Below, piece after piece: positions 10,440 through 19,480 of a stretch of 64,000 bases of DNA. Under the pieces are notes generated by a model, which was not told the origin of the DNA, searched no databases, and saw nothing but the letters and a program-made list of their open reading frames with translations. A program made the translations under genes and the position numbers. Origin of the DNA: an uncultured Chloroflexia bacterium (GTDB taxonomy: Bacteria > Chloroflexota > Limnocylindria > Limnocylindrales > CSP1-4); NCBI GenBank assembly GCA_963724095.1, contig CAVRTH010000019.1, positions 536,640 to 600,639 of the forward strand. The letters are read 5' to 3'. The number at the start of each line of letters is the position of its first letter. Position 1 is the stretch's first letter.

Positions 10440-10627
10440 CGTCGTTCGGCTCTTGAAGAGCGGTGGCCCCTAGATCTGGGCCGCCGATTTGCGAGAGGAT
10501 CGTCGGAGATCTGGCCGCCCAAGAAGACGAGGGCGACGATGGCGATGATCGCGATGAGCGCCAGGATCAGCGCGTACTCGGCCAGGCCCTGGCCTTCCTC
10601 GTCGCGACGAAGCAGGAAGTCGACCAT
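10440..10627 (-). CDS. flp: Flp-family type IVb prepilin (copy 1); 3' end uncertain because there is no in-frame stop before the sulfotransferase region
   Basis: MVDFLLRRDEEGQGLAEYALILALIAIIAIVALVFLGGQISD with the Flp processing motif G/LAEY. Strong SD (AGGAGG) 7 nt upstream of the ATG at 10627. Confidence 0.6.
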
Positions 10628-10918
10628 GCTGATGGTCCTCCTAATGATTGAGGCTCCCCGCCAAAGCGGTTTGCCGATGATGGATGAATTCGCGCGGCCG
10701 CCCGATCGGGCCTCCGTGCTCGGCGGATATTACAGCCCCGCCGCCAACTGTCCACTGGGACGGCCGACAGGCCAGCTGCACGTCCTCAGTGCCAGAATGA
10801 TGATGGTGGCGCTGAGGGCAGTCCATGGCACCTCTGGTGCGTATGGACCCGGACCTTCGGTGGTGCTCGTGCACCAGTCCCAGATGGGTTCTATGCGGTT
10901 AGTCCTGGTTAGGGTGGT

Positions 10919-11098
10919 CTAGGAGCTGGCGGCGACCGAGGAGCCGATGTAGTCCATCAGTTCCACGATCGTGTCGCCCAGGAAGATGAGAGACAGGATC
11001 GCCACGAGGGCGATCAAGGCGAGGATGAGCGCGTACTCAGCCAGGCCCTGACCCTCTTCATGCCGGTGCGGCCTCCAGACCGCCAGGAGTCGCGTCAG
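10919..11098 (-). CDS. flp: Flp-family prepilin (copy 2); start codon uncertain (no in-frame ATG close to the leader)
   Basis: ...HRHEEGQGLAEYALILALIALVAILSLIFLGDTIVELMDYIGSSVAASS followed by a stop. Confidence 0.6.
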   Translation of the reverse strand: MTRLLAVWRPHRHEEGQGLAEYALILALIALVAILSLIFLGDTIVELMDYIGSSVAASS

Positions 11099-11236
11099 CT
11101 CCTCCAACGGGTGGGTCACACTCCTTTCGGGCTTGACGGGCCAGGGGCCCCAGGACGCCAGGGCGGGATCAGCGACCAGGTCGCCAAGGTGCGCCAGCGC
11201 ATCTTGAGGGAACGGGCAGAACACGCACCATCGGGA

Positions 11237-11262
11237 TGTCACAGTCCTTGGGAAGTGTCACA
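11237..11262. promoter_or_regulatory. direct repeat TGTCACA-N12-TGTCACA, about 140 bp upstream of Flp copy 2
   Basis: Plus strand reads tgtcacagtccttgggaagtgtcaca; flanking GGATG/CATCC are inverted. Confidence 0.25.
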
Positions 11263-11331
11263 TCCGGCTTCGGCGCAGCCAGATCGGCTCAGGGCGTCGA
11301 TACCCGGTCCGGGCTCCAGGCTCGCGGCCTC

Positions 11332-11727
11332 CTACTCTCCGATGACCGACCAGATGAAGCCCATGAAGATGAAGATGCCGGCAAACAGCCCGATGAGGGC
11401 CGGGACACCGACGGTGTTCACTTCGAGGTTCATGCTCGCCAGGAAGCCCATCGACAGGGCCCACACGATGATGAGCCCTCCGAAGAGGTACTTGGCGTTG
11501 ACGGTCGTGATGGCTTCGACCCAAGCCGTTCGCCGTCGTTCCGGGACCAGCATCACGGTGACCAGCAAGGTCACCATCGCGGCACCCAGCAACACACCCC
11601 CAGCGAACCCGATGTAGTGGCTGCGTTCCAGCTCGGTACGGAGCGCTCCATAGACCGAGATGATCACCCCACCCAGCAACAGGAAGGCGAAGAGGTAGCC
11701 GAGAACTCGCAATCGATCCCAAGTCAT
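11332..11727 (-). CDS. small integral membrane protein (about 4 TM), unknown function
   Basis: 131 aa from MTWDRLRVLGYLFAFLLLGGVIISVYG; hydrophobic throughout; sits between Flp copies 2 and 3. Confidence 0.45.
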   Translation of the reverse strand: MTWDRLRVLGYLFAFLLLGGVIISVYGALRTELERSHYIGFAGGVLLGAAMVTLLVTVMLVPERRRTAWVEAITTVNAKYLFGGLIIVWALSMGFLASMNLEVNTVGVPALIGLFAGIFIFMGFIWSVIGE

Positions 11728-11984
11728 GAGTCCCGGAATCCTAGCAAAACGGTAAGCCGCAAGAACAGTCTTCTTGCGGGCCCCCACGACCCGGGTCTCA
11801 CACGACCAAGTGGGGACGGCCGCCAGACAGTACCTTTGGGTCAGCCGATCGGGAAGAGTGTTTCGCTGCTGCCGGACCTGGAACGTTGCTCGGCGACACC
11901 ACGTGCTGGGACTTGACCCTGCTCATGGCACAGCACGGCCATGTCGTGGGTGCGGCCGCTCAGCCCGAGGCAGATCGAGGCCGG

Positions 11985-12254
11985 CTAGGCGCCGATCAGG
12001 TCCATGACCTCCTGGAACCCGGCGTTGATGATCTCTTCGAACGCGCCCACGATCGCGTCGCCGAGGAACACCAGCGACAGGATCGCGACGATGGCGATCA
12101 AGGCCAGGATGAGGGCGTACTCGGCGAGACCCTGTCCGCGTTGGGCATCGTCGCTGGCGACCAGTGAGTGCAGGGCGGCGCGCAACCGCGCCAGGGGCCG
12201 TAAGCGCGCGGCCCGTTCGGCGACCTTGGCCGCCGCGGCTTGTAACTTGTCCAT
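11985..12254 (-). CDS. flp: Flp-family prepilin (copy 3) with an unusually long leader of about 40 aa
   Basis: MDKLQAAAAKVAERAARLRPLARLRAALHSLVASDDAQRGQGLAEYALILALIAIVAILSLVFLGDAIVGAFEEIINAGFQEVMDLIGA. GGAGAA SD 8 nt upstream. Confidence 0.7.
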   Translation of the reverse strand: MDKLQAAAAKVAERAARLRPLARLRAALHSLVASDDAQRGQGLAEYALILALIAIVAILSLVFLGDAIVGAFEEIINAGFQEVMDLIGA

Positions 12255-12645
12255 CAGGTCGGTTCTCCGATGGTGGAGGAGCCGATGGCGACCCGCTTTC
12301 TGTCTTGCCGCGATGGGGTCTCTGGTAGCGCCACCGTGGATGGATGATGGTCCGGTGGCTGCTTGGGATGAGTTCCCCTGGCTGCGCCACGGGACGAACG
12401 CTCGGTCGTCCGCCCGCGGGTCGTATTCGGCTGATCCGAGGAATGGGATGAATGCGCCGGGTCCGCAACCCGGGCCCCTGGCCACGCGGTTCCAGCAGCT
12501 GCACCTTAGCGTGCGCGCCGGGCCGCCGCATATGGCCCCAAAGACCCACGCGGGGCGGTGCCTCCGGACACCGGCCGGCCTACCCGGGCGTGTGACGGGG
12601 TCCATCGCGGAGCGGGGTATCATCCCCAACCACGCAGGAGGAACC

Positions 12646-14175
12646 GTGGCAGACACGCACGAGCTGGAAAACTGGACCAATCCACGCGACCCCGCCAAGG
12701 CGCTGGGCCCTGACGGACTGCCCGCCCGCAGCCGACGCGCGCCGTACTACGCCGATGTGCCCGTTGAGCAGTGGGATGACTGGCGTTGGCAGCTCTCGAA
12801 CCGTGTCAACGACCTCGAGACCTTCGCTCAGATCCTGGACCTGACCGACAACGAGCGAGAGGGCCTCGGCGCGCCGGACAAGTTCCGGGTCGACATCACG
12901 CCCTATTTCATCAGCCTCATCGACCCGGCCGATGCCGACGATCCCATCCGCCGCCAGGTGATGCCCCTGGGCGATGAACAGCAAGCCTTCACCGCCATGA
13001 TGGAGGACTCCCTGCGCGAGGATCAGCATTCTCCGGTCCCGGGACTGGTGCACCGCTACCCGGATCGCGTGCTCATGTTGGTCACCACCCAGTGCGCCTC
13101 CTACTGCCGCTATTGCACGCGCTCGCGCATCGTGGGTGACGCCACCCAGAACTTCAACACGCGCGACTTCGAGGCCCAGCTCGACTACCTGCGGCGCACC
13201 CCGCAGGTGCGCGACGTGCTGCTGTCGGGTGGCGATCCACTGACCATGGCGCCCAGGCTTCTCGAGCGCGTGCTGCGAGGGCTGCGCGAGATCCCCCACA
13301 TCGAGATCATCCGCCTCGGAACACGCGTGCCGGTGTTCATGCCCCAGCGCGTGGACGACGAGCTGTGCGCCATGCTCGAGGGGTACCACCCGGTCTGGAT
13401 GAACCTGCACTTCAATCACCCCAACGAGATCACGCCGGAGGTCTCGCGCGCGGTTGACAAGCTGAGCCGGACAGGTATCCCCATCGGCAACCAGTCCGTG
13501 CTGCTGGCGGGTGTCAACGACTGCGTCCACATCCAGCGCGACCTGGTGCATCGACTGGTCGAGAACCGCATCCGGCCCTACTACCTCTACCAGTGTGACC
13601 TGGTGGAAGGTGCTGGCCACTTCCGCACGCCCGTGGGCAAAGGACTCGAGATCATCGAGGGCCTGCGTGGGCACACCAGCGGCTATGCCGTGCCCACCTA
13701 CGTGGTGGATGCGCCGGGTGGGGGCGGCAAGATCCCGGTCATGCCCAACTACCTCATCAGCTACTCCGACCACAAGGTCGTGCTACGTAACTACGAGGGC
13801 TACATCACCACCTACGAGGAGCCCACCGAGTACGAAGCGCATGATCGGCGCACTTGCTCCTGGTGTCGCAACGCGCGCCCCGAAGCAGGCCAGGGTGGCG
13901 TCCACGCGCTGCTGCAGGGCGATGCCATGTGGATCGAGCCGGCCGGTCATGCCGAGATCCACACCCGCGGCAACACCCAGGCACATCGCCTGCAATCGCC
14001 CGAAAAGTGGGTGCCGCTCGGTGTCGGCGCCATCGAGGGCGAAGCCTCGGCCCCGCAGGCGAGGCTGGGCAGCGGCGCGACCGCCGGCCCCGGGGCCCGC
14101 GAATATGGACCCGGCGAAGAGCCACGGCCGCGTGAGGGTGAGCCCACCGGTTCCGCTCATGGAGAATTGCTCTAG
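12646..14175 (+). CDS. kamA: lysine 2,3-aminomutase (radical SAM, KamA family) with a C-terminal extension
   Basis: GTG start 4 nt after AGGAGG. Radical-SAM cluster motif CASYCRYCTRSR, and KamA-like VPTYVVDAPGGGGKIPVMPNY. The C-terminal 90 aa or so include a CSWC pair. Confidence 0.8.
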   Translation: MADTHELENWTNPRDPAKALGPDGLPARSRRAPYYADVPVEQWDDWRWQLSNRVNDLETFAQILDLTDNEREGLGAPDKFRVDITPYFISLIDPADADDPIRRQVMPLGDEQQAFTAMMEDSLREDQHSPVPGLVHRYPDRVLMLVTTQCASYCRYCTRSRIVGDATQNFNTRDFEAQLDYLRRTPQVRDVLLSGGDPLTMAPRLLERVLRGLREIPHIEIIRLGTRVPVFMPQRVDDELCAMLEGYHPVWMNLHFNHPNEITPEVSRAVDKLSRTGIPIGNQSVLLAGVNDCVHIQRDLVHRLVENRIRPYYLYQCDLVEGAGHFRTPVGKGLEIIEGLRGHTSGYAVPTYVVDAPGGGGKIPVMPNYLISYSDHKVVLRNYEGYITTYEEPTEYEAHDRRTCSWCRNARPEAGQGGVHALLQGDAMWIEPAGHAEIHTRGNTQAHRLQSPEKWVPLGVGAIEGEASAPQARLGSGATAGPGAREYGPGEEPRPREGEPTGSAHGELL

Positions 14176-14180
14176 GACTC

Positions 14181-14627
14181 ATGAGCTTCTTCAAGCGGCT
14201 ACTTGGCGGCAGCTCCGAGGGTGGGCAGGGCGACGGTCCTGCCGGTCAGCCGGCAGACGACTCCGAGTGGCGCCAGTCAGCCGAGGCGAGCTTCGAGGCG
14301 TATGCCGACAAGCACCGCGTGAGCGTCTGGATCCGCCTGTACGACCCCGATTTCGAGACCTTGCGCGAGCAGCAGCGGGTGTTCGTGCTCGAGAACCGCC
14401 TGATGCGCGCTCTCGACGAGGCCGGCGTGGGTGAGCACGACACCAACTCGCTCGAGCGCGGCTACCTGGCCCTGCGCCTGGTGGGCGAGGATGCCGATGC
14501 CATCGTGGCCGTCGTCGAGCCGCTCCTGGCCGAAGCACCAGAGGGTAGCTACCTGGCGGTGCGACGCGGGCCGGCCGGCACCGGCGAGGACCGCATCCAA
14601 GTCGGTATCGAGGCCGGCACGGACTGA
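14181..14627 (+). CDS. hypothetical protein
   Basis: 148-aa ORF 5 nt downstream of kamA with typical high-GC codon usage; no recognisable motif. Confidence 0.45.
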   Translation: MSFFKRLLGGSSEGGQGDGPAGQPADDSEWRQSAEASFEAYADKHRVSVWIRLYDPDFETLREQQRVFVLENRLMRALDEAGVGEHDTNSLERGYLALRLVGEDADAIVAVVEPLLAEAPEGSYLAVRRGPAGTGEDRIQVGIEAGTD

Positions 14628-14629
14628 CG

Positions 14630-15043
14630 ATGCGGCTACGCGAGACCCCGGGCCTGCCCGACGCTGCCGTCCAACCGCCGACCGTGGCCGAGGCCGGCGA
14701 CCCCTTCAGCCAGCTGCGCGTGGTACATCTGCTGGCGCGTATCCCGCGGGGTCGGAGCGTGCGCCTGCGCGACATCGTCGACCAGCTCAACTCCGAGTAC
14801 CTCGACTGGTCATTCTCGCGAGACGTGGTGGTCGCGGGCGTGGTCCAGCTGCAGGCCAACTGGCTGACTGACTACCGCAACAGCGACGGCATCGTGCTGC
14901 GCGATGGCCCGGCAGGAGCAGAGGTGATCCTCGAGGACAGCAGCCGCGTCGACCCCTGGATCATCCGCCAGGCCCAGCGGCTGCGGGAGGCATGTGACGA
15001 ACGCCTGCGCCTGTTTGCCATCGAGGAAGGCGGGGTCGCCTAG
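14630..15043 (+). CDS. hypothetical protein
   Basis: 137-aa ORF whose ATG lies 3 nt after the previous stop (translational coupling). Confidence 0.45.
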   Translation: MRLRETPGLPDAAVQPPTVAEAGDPFSQLRVVHLLARIPRGRSVRLRDIVDQLNSEYLDWSFSRDVVVAGVVQLQANWLTDYRNSDGIVLRDGPAGAEVILEDSSRVDPWIIRQAQRLREACDERLRLFAIEEGGVA

Positions 15044-15062
15044 CCCGGCGCAGCCCGCAGGA

Positions 15063-16139
15063 TCAGCCTCTGGAGCGGTAGATCGCTTCGATGACGCTGA
15101 TGGATGCTTGGATGGGGGCCTGCCACAGGTTGGTCAGGAAGACAACGGCGAAGCCCGCGTCGGGATCCACCCAGATACGGCCACCAGAGATGCCGCCGTG
15201 GGTGAATGTCGAGGCGCTCCCGGGCCAGTCCGGCTGCGGCTTGCGCCAGCCTAGTGCCTGACGCACCTCGCGCACCACGCCATCCTCTGAGATGTGGGTC
15301 ATGCCTTGGGTGTGATCGCGGGTCATCTCGTCGATGGCAGCCTGTGAGAGCACTCGCGTGCCCGGGGCAAGCGGATCGAGTGGCAGCAAGGCCCGGGCCA
15401 GGCGCAGCAGGTCCGAGAGGCTGCCGAACAGGCCGCCCCCGGGCAACTGGGCCGCGGCGAGGAAGCGCATCAGCACCTCCTGCACCAGCCGGTTGTCCAC
15501 ACCGAAGCCGTGCACCTTGACGACGCGCTGGCGCATGGGTCGAGCGTCGAAGCTCGTATCGGCCATCGCCAGCGGCTCGGTCAATCGCCATGACAGTGCC
15601 CCGGTAAAGGATGTGGCGCTCAGGCGGGCCATCGTTTCAGCCAGCAGGATGAAGCTCACCGAGTTGTAGGCATAGGCACTGCCGGGTGACGTGAGTGGTG
15701 CGCTCGACAGCACGAACGCCAGGGAACGCCGGTACGTCGGGCGTTCGTGTCGCAGTGATTCCATCGGCATGTCCGGCAATCCGGAGGTATGCGTCAATAC
15801 CTGCCAGGCAGTGATGCTCTCGAGGGCGGTGCCACGAAGCTCCGGCAGGCAGCGGGCCAGCGGCGCGCGCAGGTCCAGGCGACCCTCGTCGACGTAGCGC
15901 ATGAACGCGGTCGCCACGATGGCCTTGGTGATCGAGGCCAGGAAGAAGACACTGTCATCGGTGGGCGACCCGCCGGGGCCACCGATGAAGTGGGAGTCGG
16001 AGCGGCCGGCTGCATCGATGACACCGAAGGACGCGCAGGGCAGGATCCCGTCCCGGACGAGGGTGGTTGCCGCCTCTCGCGCAGGGCCAGGTTCGAAGGC
16101 GAGGTGGGCGCTGTCGCGCTGCTCGGCAAGGGAGGTCAT
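15063..16139 (-). CDS. serine hydrolase, beta-lactamase/esterase (class C-like) family
   Basis: SxxK motif (LASITKAI) about 70 aa from the N-terminus; 358 aa. Confidence 0.75.
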   Translation of the reverse strand: MTSLAEQRDSAHLAFEPGPAREAATTLVRDGILPCASFGVIDAAGRSDSHFIGGPGGSPTDDSVFFLASITKAIVATAFMRYVDEGRLDLRAPLARCLPELRGTALESITAWQVLTHTSGLPDMPMESLRHERPTYRRSLAFVLSSAPLTSPGSAYAYNSVSFILLAETMARLSATSFTGALSWRLTEPLAMADTSFDARPMRQRVVKVHGFGVDNRLVQEVLMRFLAAAQLPGGGLFGSLSDLLRLARALLPLDPLAPGTRVLSQAAIDEMTRDHTQGMTHISEDGVVREVRQALGWRKPQPDWPGSASTFTHGGISGGRIWVDPDAGFAVVFLTNLWQAPIQASISVIEAIYRSRG

Positions 16140-16147
16140 GCCAGCCG

Positions 16148-16495
16148 ATGATAGGGCGCGTGACGAGAGACGAGTACATCGCTGCTATGCGCACGCTCAT
16201 CCGCGAAGGCGAACGCCTCGCCCAACACCCTTCGATGGTGGCGCTGCGCACGTGGATCGCCGGTTCGGACGAGTTGCTGCGCAACGCCTGGGGTTCGATG
16301 GACCGTTACCACCTCTCCTGGTTGATGGTGGGTCGGCCCGCCGATACCGTACGCGGCCGCGCCATGTCACCAGCCGAGGAAGCGGGCTACGTGCGCGAGG
16401 TCGCGCGCGCCAAGACGGCCGCGTTACGCATGAGCCTGAAGGCCGTCGAGGAGGACCATATGCCCTTCCTGGGCCAGGGGCCCGGCGAGGCCTAG
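16148..16495 (+). CDS. hypothetical protein
   Basis: 115-aa ORF starting MIGRVTRDEYIAAMR. Confidence 0.4.
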   Translation: MIGRVTRDEYIAAMRTLIREGERLAQHPSMVALRTWIAGSDELLRNAWGSMDRYHLSWLMVGRPADTVRGRAMSPAEEAGYVREVARAKTAALRMSLKAVEEDHMPFLGQGPGEA

Positions 16496-16508
16496 CGGGT
16501 CTCGTTCC

Positions 16509-16985
16509 CTAGCGTCTCGGCCTCGCCCCGTAGAGCGCCGCCAGCACGTACAGCGCGAGGCCCGCGATCTCCAGCGGGCCGAACTGCGGCGCGAGCCAGT
16601 CGAGCAAGGGCGTGCCCTCGATGCGCTCCATGAAGGTTCGCGACGAGCCGGGCAGGATCGACATGGCGACCACCCAGGTCAGGATCAGCCCCGCCAGCCA
16701 GGCGAGGGCGGAGATGGCAGCCGCCAGCAGGGGGGTGGCGCGGACCTGGTACAGCAGCGTCCCGATGACCCAGCCCCCCAGCACCGCCACGGCCAACAGT
16801 CCGGGGCCCAGTTCGAAGATGCCCTTCAGGAGTGCCCAAGCCACCGCCGCCAGCGATGCCACGGCCAGGGCCTCGACCACGGCCACCGACAGTGAACGCG
16901 GACGCAGCCGGACTCCACTCGAGCGGGGTGGGGATGGCGGAGTCACGCCCGCAGCTGCAGGTCGACGTTCACCCGGTTCGATCAT
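16509..16985 (-). CDS. hypothetical membrane protein
   Basis: 158 aa with 3-4 hydrophobic helices. Confidence 0.4.
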   Translation of the reverse strand: MIEPGERRPAAAGVTPPSPPRSSGVRLRPRSLSVAVVEALAVASLAAVAWALLKGIFELGPGLLAVAVLGGWVIGTLLYQVRATPLLAAAISALAWLAGLILTWVVAMSILPGSSRTFMERIEGTPLLDWLAPQFGPLEIAGLALYVLAALYGARPRR

Positions 16986-17039
16986 GCGCCAACTCTAGCC
17001 GCGCGTCGTCCACGAAGGTCGCTAGACTGATGGACGCTC

Positions 17040-17540
17040 ATGTCACACCCAGCTACTGGTCTGCCGCCTTCGGACGCCACTGCCGGTGATCCGGCCGTGG
17101 CTGCCCGGCTGCGTGCTGCCCCGCGCCTGCCGGCACTCGCGCTTGATGCGGCGCTTCGCATCGACCACACACTGGCTCAGCGTTACGACGAGCTCATGCT
17201 GCGTCGCTTCCTGCGTGACTACGGGCAGCACGTCGAGCAGCTCGCGCGCGCCGTCGAGACCGGCGAGGAGCGCTACGTGGTGGTCTACGGTGAGGCGCTG
17301 GTGCCCATCTACCGTCGCCGTGGCGTGCGCATGAACGACGTGACCACGTTGCTGCACGGGCTCGAGGAAGCTGCCGTGGCCCTTGGGTCGGCCGCTGATG
17401 CGCCGCTCATCCGCGAGCCCATGGACGACTGGGTCGAGCGCATGCGCCACCATCGTCGGCTGCCCGGCGACCACGAAGGCAACAGCGCCATCCGCTTGAT
17501 CTGGAAGGGCGCCGGCTTCGGCGACGACTCGGTCGTCTGA
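17040..17540 (+). CDS. hypothetical protein
   Basis: 166-aa ORF; its stop overlaps the next start (ATGA). Confidence 0.4.
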   Translation: MSHPATGLPPSDATAGDPAVAARLRAAPRLPALALDAALRIDHTLAQRYDELMLRRFLRDYGQHVEQLARAVETGEERYVVVYGEALVPIYRRRGVRMNDVTTLLHGLEEAAVALGSAADAPLIREPMDDWVERMRHHRRLPGDHEGNSAIRLIWKGAGFGDDSVV

Positions 17541-17866
17541 TGACGATCAAGTGGGTCAAGTCCGATCCGTTGGTGATGAATGGCGAGCCCTTCTGCTACG
17601 GCACGCGACTGACGGTTCGCAACCTCCTCCAGATGCGCAGCAATGGCCTTATGCCCAACGAGATGCTGAGCCAGCATCCGGAGCTCAAGCGCGTCGGTAT
17701 CGCGGAGGCATTCCGCTACGCTGGCGAGCATCGTGAGCGCTACGCGGCATTCTTCGATAGCGACGGTTCACTCTTGGGGCCCGGTTTCGACCCCGCTGAA
17801 GCAGCCCGGCTACCCGAACATCTGCGCCAAGCCGGCGTGGTGGTGAACGAGGCCGCCGGGGTCTAG
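17540..17866 (+). CDS. DUF433 domain protein
   Basis: N-terminal [21 protein letters not shown] matches the DUF433 core (G.P...GTR..V). Confidence 0.55.
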   Translation: MTIKWVKSDPLVMNGEPFCYGTRLTVRNLLQMRSNGLMPNEMLSQHPELKRVGIAEAFRYAGEHRERYAAFFDSDGSLLGPGFDPAEAARLPEHLRQAGVVVNEAAGV

Positions 17867-17910
17867 CATCTCGCGGGGGCCGGCCCGTGATCGATCGAGG
17901 CGCGACCTGC

Positions 17911-19059
17911 ATGACCAAGACGATCGGCATCCTGACGGCGGGCGGCGACAGCCCCGGTCTCAACGCGGCCATCCGCGGCGTGGGCAAGACGGCCATCGGC
18001 GCCCACGACATGACCGTCATCGGCTTTCGCGATGGTTTTCGCGGCCTGATGGAGAACCGCGAAGTACCGCTGGACCGCTCGCGACTGTCGGGCATCCTGA
18101 CCGTCGGCGGCACGATCCTGGGGACCAGCCGCGACAAACCCCATCGCATGACCGTCGGCCAGCAAACGCTGGACATGACCGATGTCATCGTCGAGAACTA
18201 CCACAACCATCATCTGGACGCGCTCGTCTGCCTGGGTGGCGGCGGGACCCAGAAGAATGCCTTCCGGCTGCACAAGCAGGGACTGAACATCGTCACCCTG
18301 CCCAAGACCATCGACAACGACGTGGCCATGACCGACGTCACCTTCGGCTTCGACACCGCACTCGGCATCGCCACCGAGGCCATCGACCGGCTGCACAGCA
18401 CGGCGCACAGCCACCATCGCATCATCGTCGTCGAGGTGATGGGCCACAACGCTGGCTGGCTGGCACTGGGAGCCGGCATCGCCGGCGGCGCTGATGTCAT
18501 CCTCATCCCTGAGATCCCCTACGACATCGAGGTCGTGGCCGAGGCTATCCGCCAGCGCCACCGTACCGGCAGTTCCTTCAGCATCGTGGCTGTCTCGGAG
18601 GGCGCCATGCCCCAGGAGCGAGCGAAGGCGCTGCGCGATGCGGAGGATGCCTTGGCCAAAGCCAAGGACCGCAAGCACGCGGATAGAGCGCGCGACAAGG
18701 GCATCAAGCATTCGAAGGCTCGGATCGACGAGATCACCGCGCATCTCGACAACTCCACGCTGCGCCTCTCGGAGGAGCTGGAGCGACAGACCAACCTGGA
18801 ATCGCGCGTGACCATCCTGGGATACCTGCAGCGCGGGGGTACGCCATCAGCCGCCGACCGCCTGCTGGCGACGCGCCTCGGCGCGGCCTGTGCACACACC
18901 ATCGAAGAGGGTACGTTCGGTGTGATGATCGCCGCCTCCGGCGACGAGGCCAAGGCAGTACCGCTCCGCAAGGTCGTCGGCAAGCGCAAGACCGTCCCGC
19001 TCGACCACTCCTGGATCCGTACCGCACGCAGCATCGGGGTCTCCCTCGGCGACGCCTGA
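17911..19059 (+). CDS. pfkA: 6-phosphofructokinase (ATP- or PPi-dependent)
   Basis: [34 protein letters not shown]. Confidence 0.85.
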   Translation: MTKTIGILTAGGDSPGLNAAIRGVGKTAIGAHDMTVIGFRDGFRGLMENREVPLDRSRLSGILTVGGTILGTSRDKPHRMTVGQQTLDMTDVIVENYHNHHLDALVCLGGGGTQKNAFRLHKQGLNIVTLPKTIDNDVAMTDVTFGFDTALGIATEAIDRLHSTAHSHHRIIVVEVMGHNAGWLALGAGIAGGADVILIPEIPYDIEVVAEAIRQRHRTGSSFSIVAVSEGAMPQERAKALRDAEDALAKAKDRKHADRARDKGIKHSKARIDEITAHLDNSTLRLSEELERQTNLESRVTILGYLQRGGTPSAADRLLATRLGAACAHTIEEGTFGVMIAASGDEAKAVPLRKVVGKRKTVPLDHSWIRTARSIGVSLGDA

Positions 19060-19100
19060 ATCGGTCGATGAATCGGACCCCGGTGTAGGATTCCCCGACC

Positions 19101-19457
19101 ATGTCAGACCCGACCATGTCCCGCGACTCACTTGGCCCCACGATCACATCATCGGACGAGGCGCCCTTGATCGACCCCGTCCAGCGCTCCCGTGAGCTGG
19201 CCGTACTCGACGCTCTGCGCTCGGTGGTCGATCCCGAGATCGGCATGAACGTCGTCGAGCTGGCGCTCATCAGGCAGGTCATCCTCGGAGACGAGGAGAG
19301 CGAGATCAAGATGATCCTGACGACGCCCTTCTGCCCCTACGCCGGTTCCATGATCCAGCAGGTCAAGGAGGCTGCCGAAGAGGCCGAAGGCCACGACGTC
19401 AAGGTCACCTTGCTGGCCGAGCGTTGGGATCCCCGCGACGCTGGCTTGACCTGGTAA
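19101..19457 (+). CDS. DUF59/MIP18-family Fe-S assembly protein (SufT-like)
   Basis: LRSVVDPEIGMNVVELALIR ... TTPFCPYAGSM is typical of the SufT/PaaD-like domain. Confidence 0.6.
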   Translation: MSDPTMSRDSLGPTITSSDEAPLIDPVQRSRELAVLDALRSVVDPEIGMNVVELALIRQVILGDEESEIKMILTTPFCPYAGSMIQQVKEAAEEAEGHDVKVTLLAERWDPRDAGLTW

Positions 19458-19480
19458 CAGGAACCGTGACGGCGGATCGC

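Noticed and set aside
9563-10627. Single 354-aa ORF suggesting a Flp pilin–sulfotransferase fusion protein
   Set aside because: The pilin part and the sulfotransferase N-terminal motifs are in different frames, and the junction translates as Arg-rich off-frame sequence. Most parsimonious reading is a separate flp gene whose stop is lost to an indel, plus an independent sulfotransferase.
12255-12645. Lysine riboswitch (L-box) in the long kamA leader
   Set aside because: None of the conserved L-box helices or sequence blocks could be recognised by eye; only generic GC-rich hairpins. Mentioned only as a structured leader.
12580-13773. 397-aa ORF on the minus strand antisense to kamA
   Set aside because: Overlaps the radical-SAM gene, which has unambiguous motifs; the antisense translation has no domain features.
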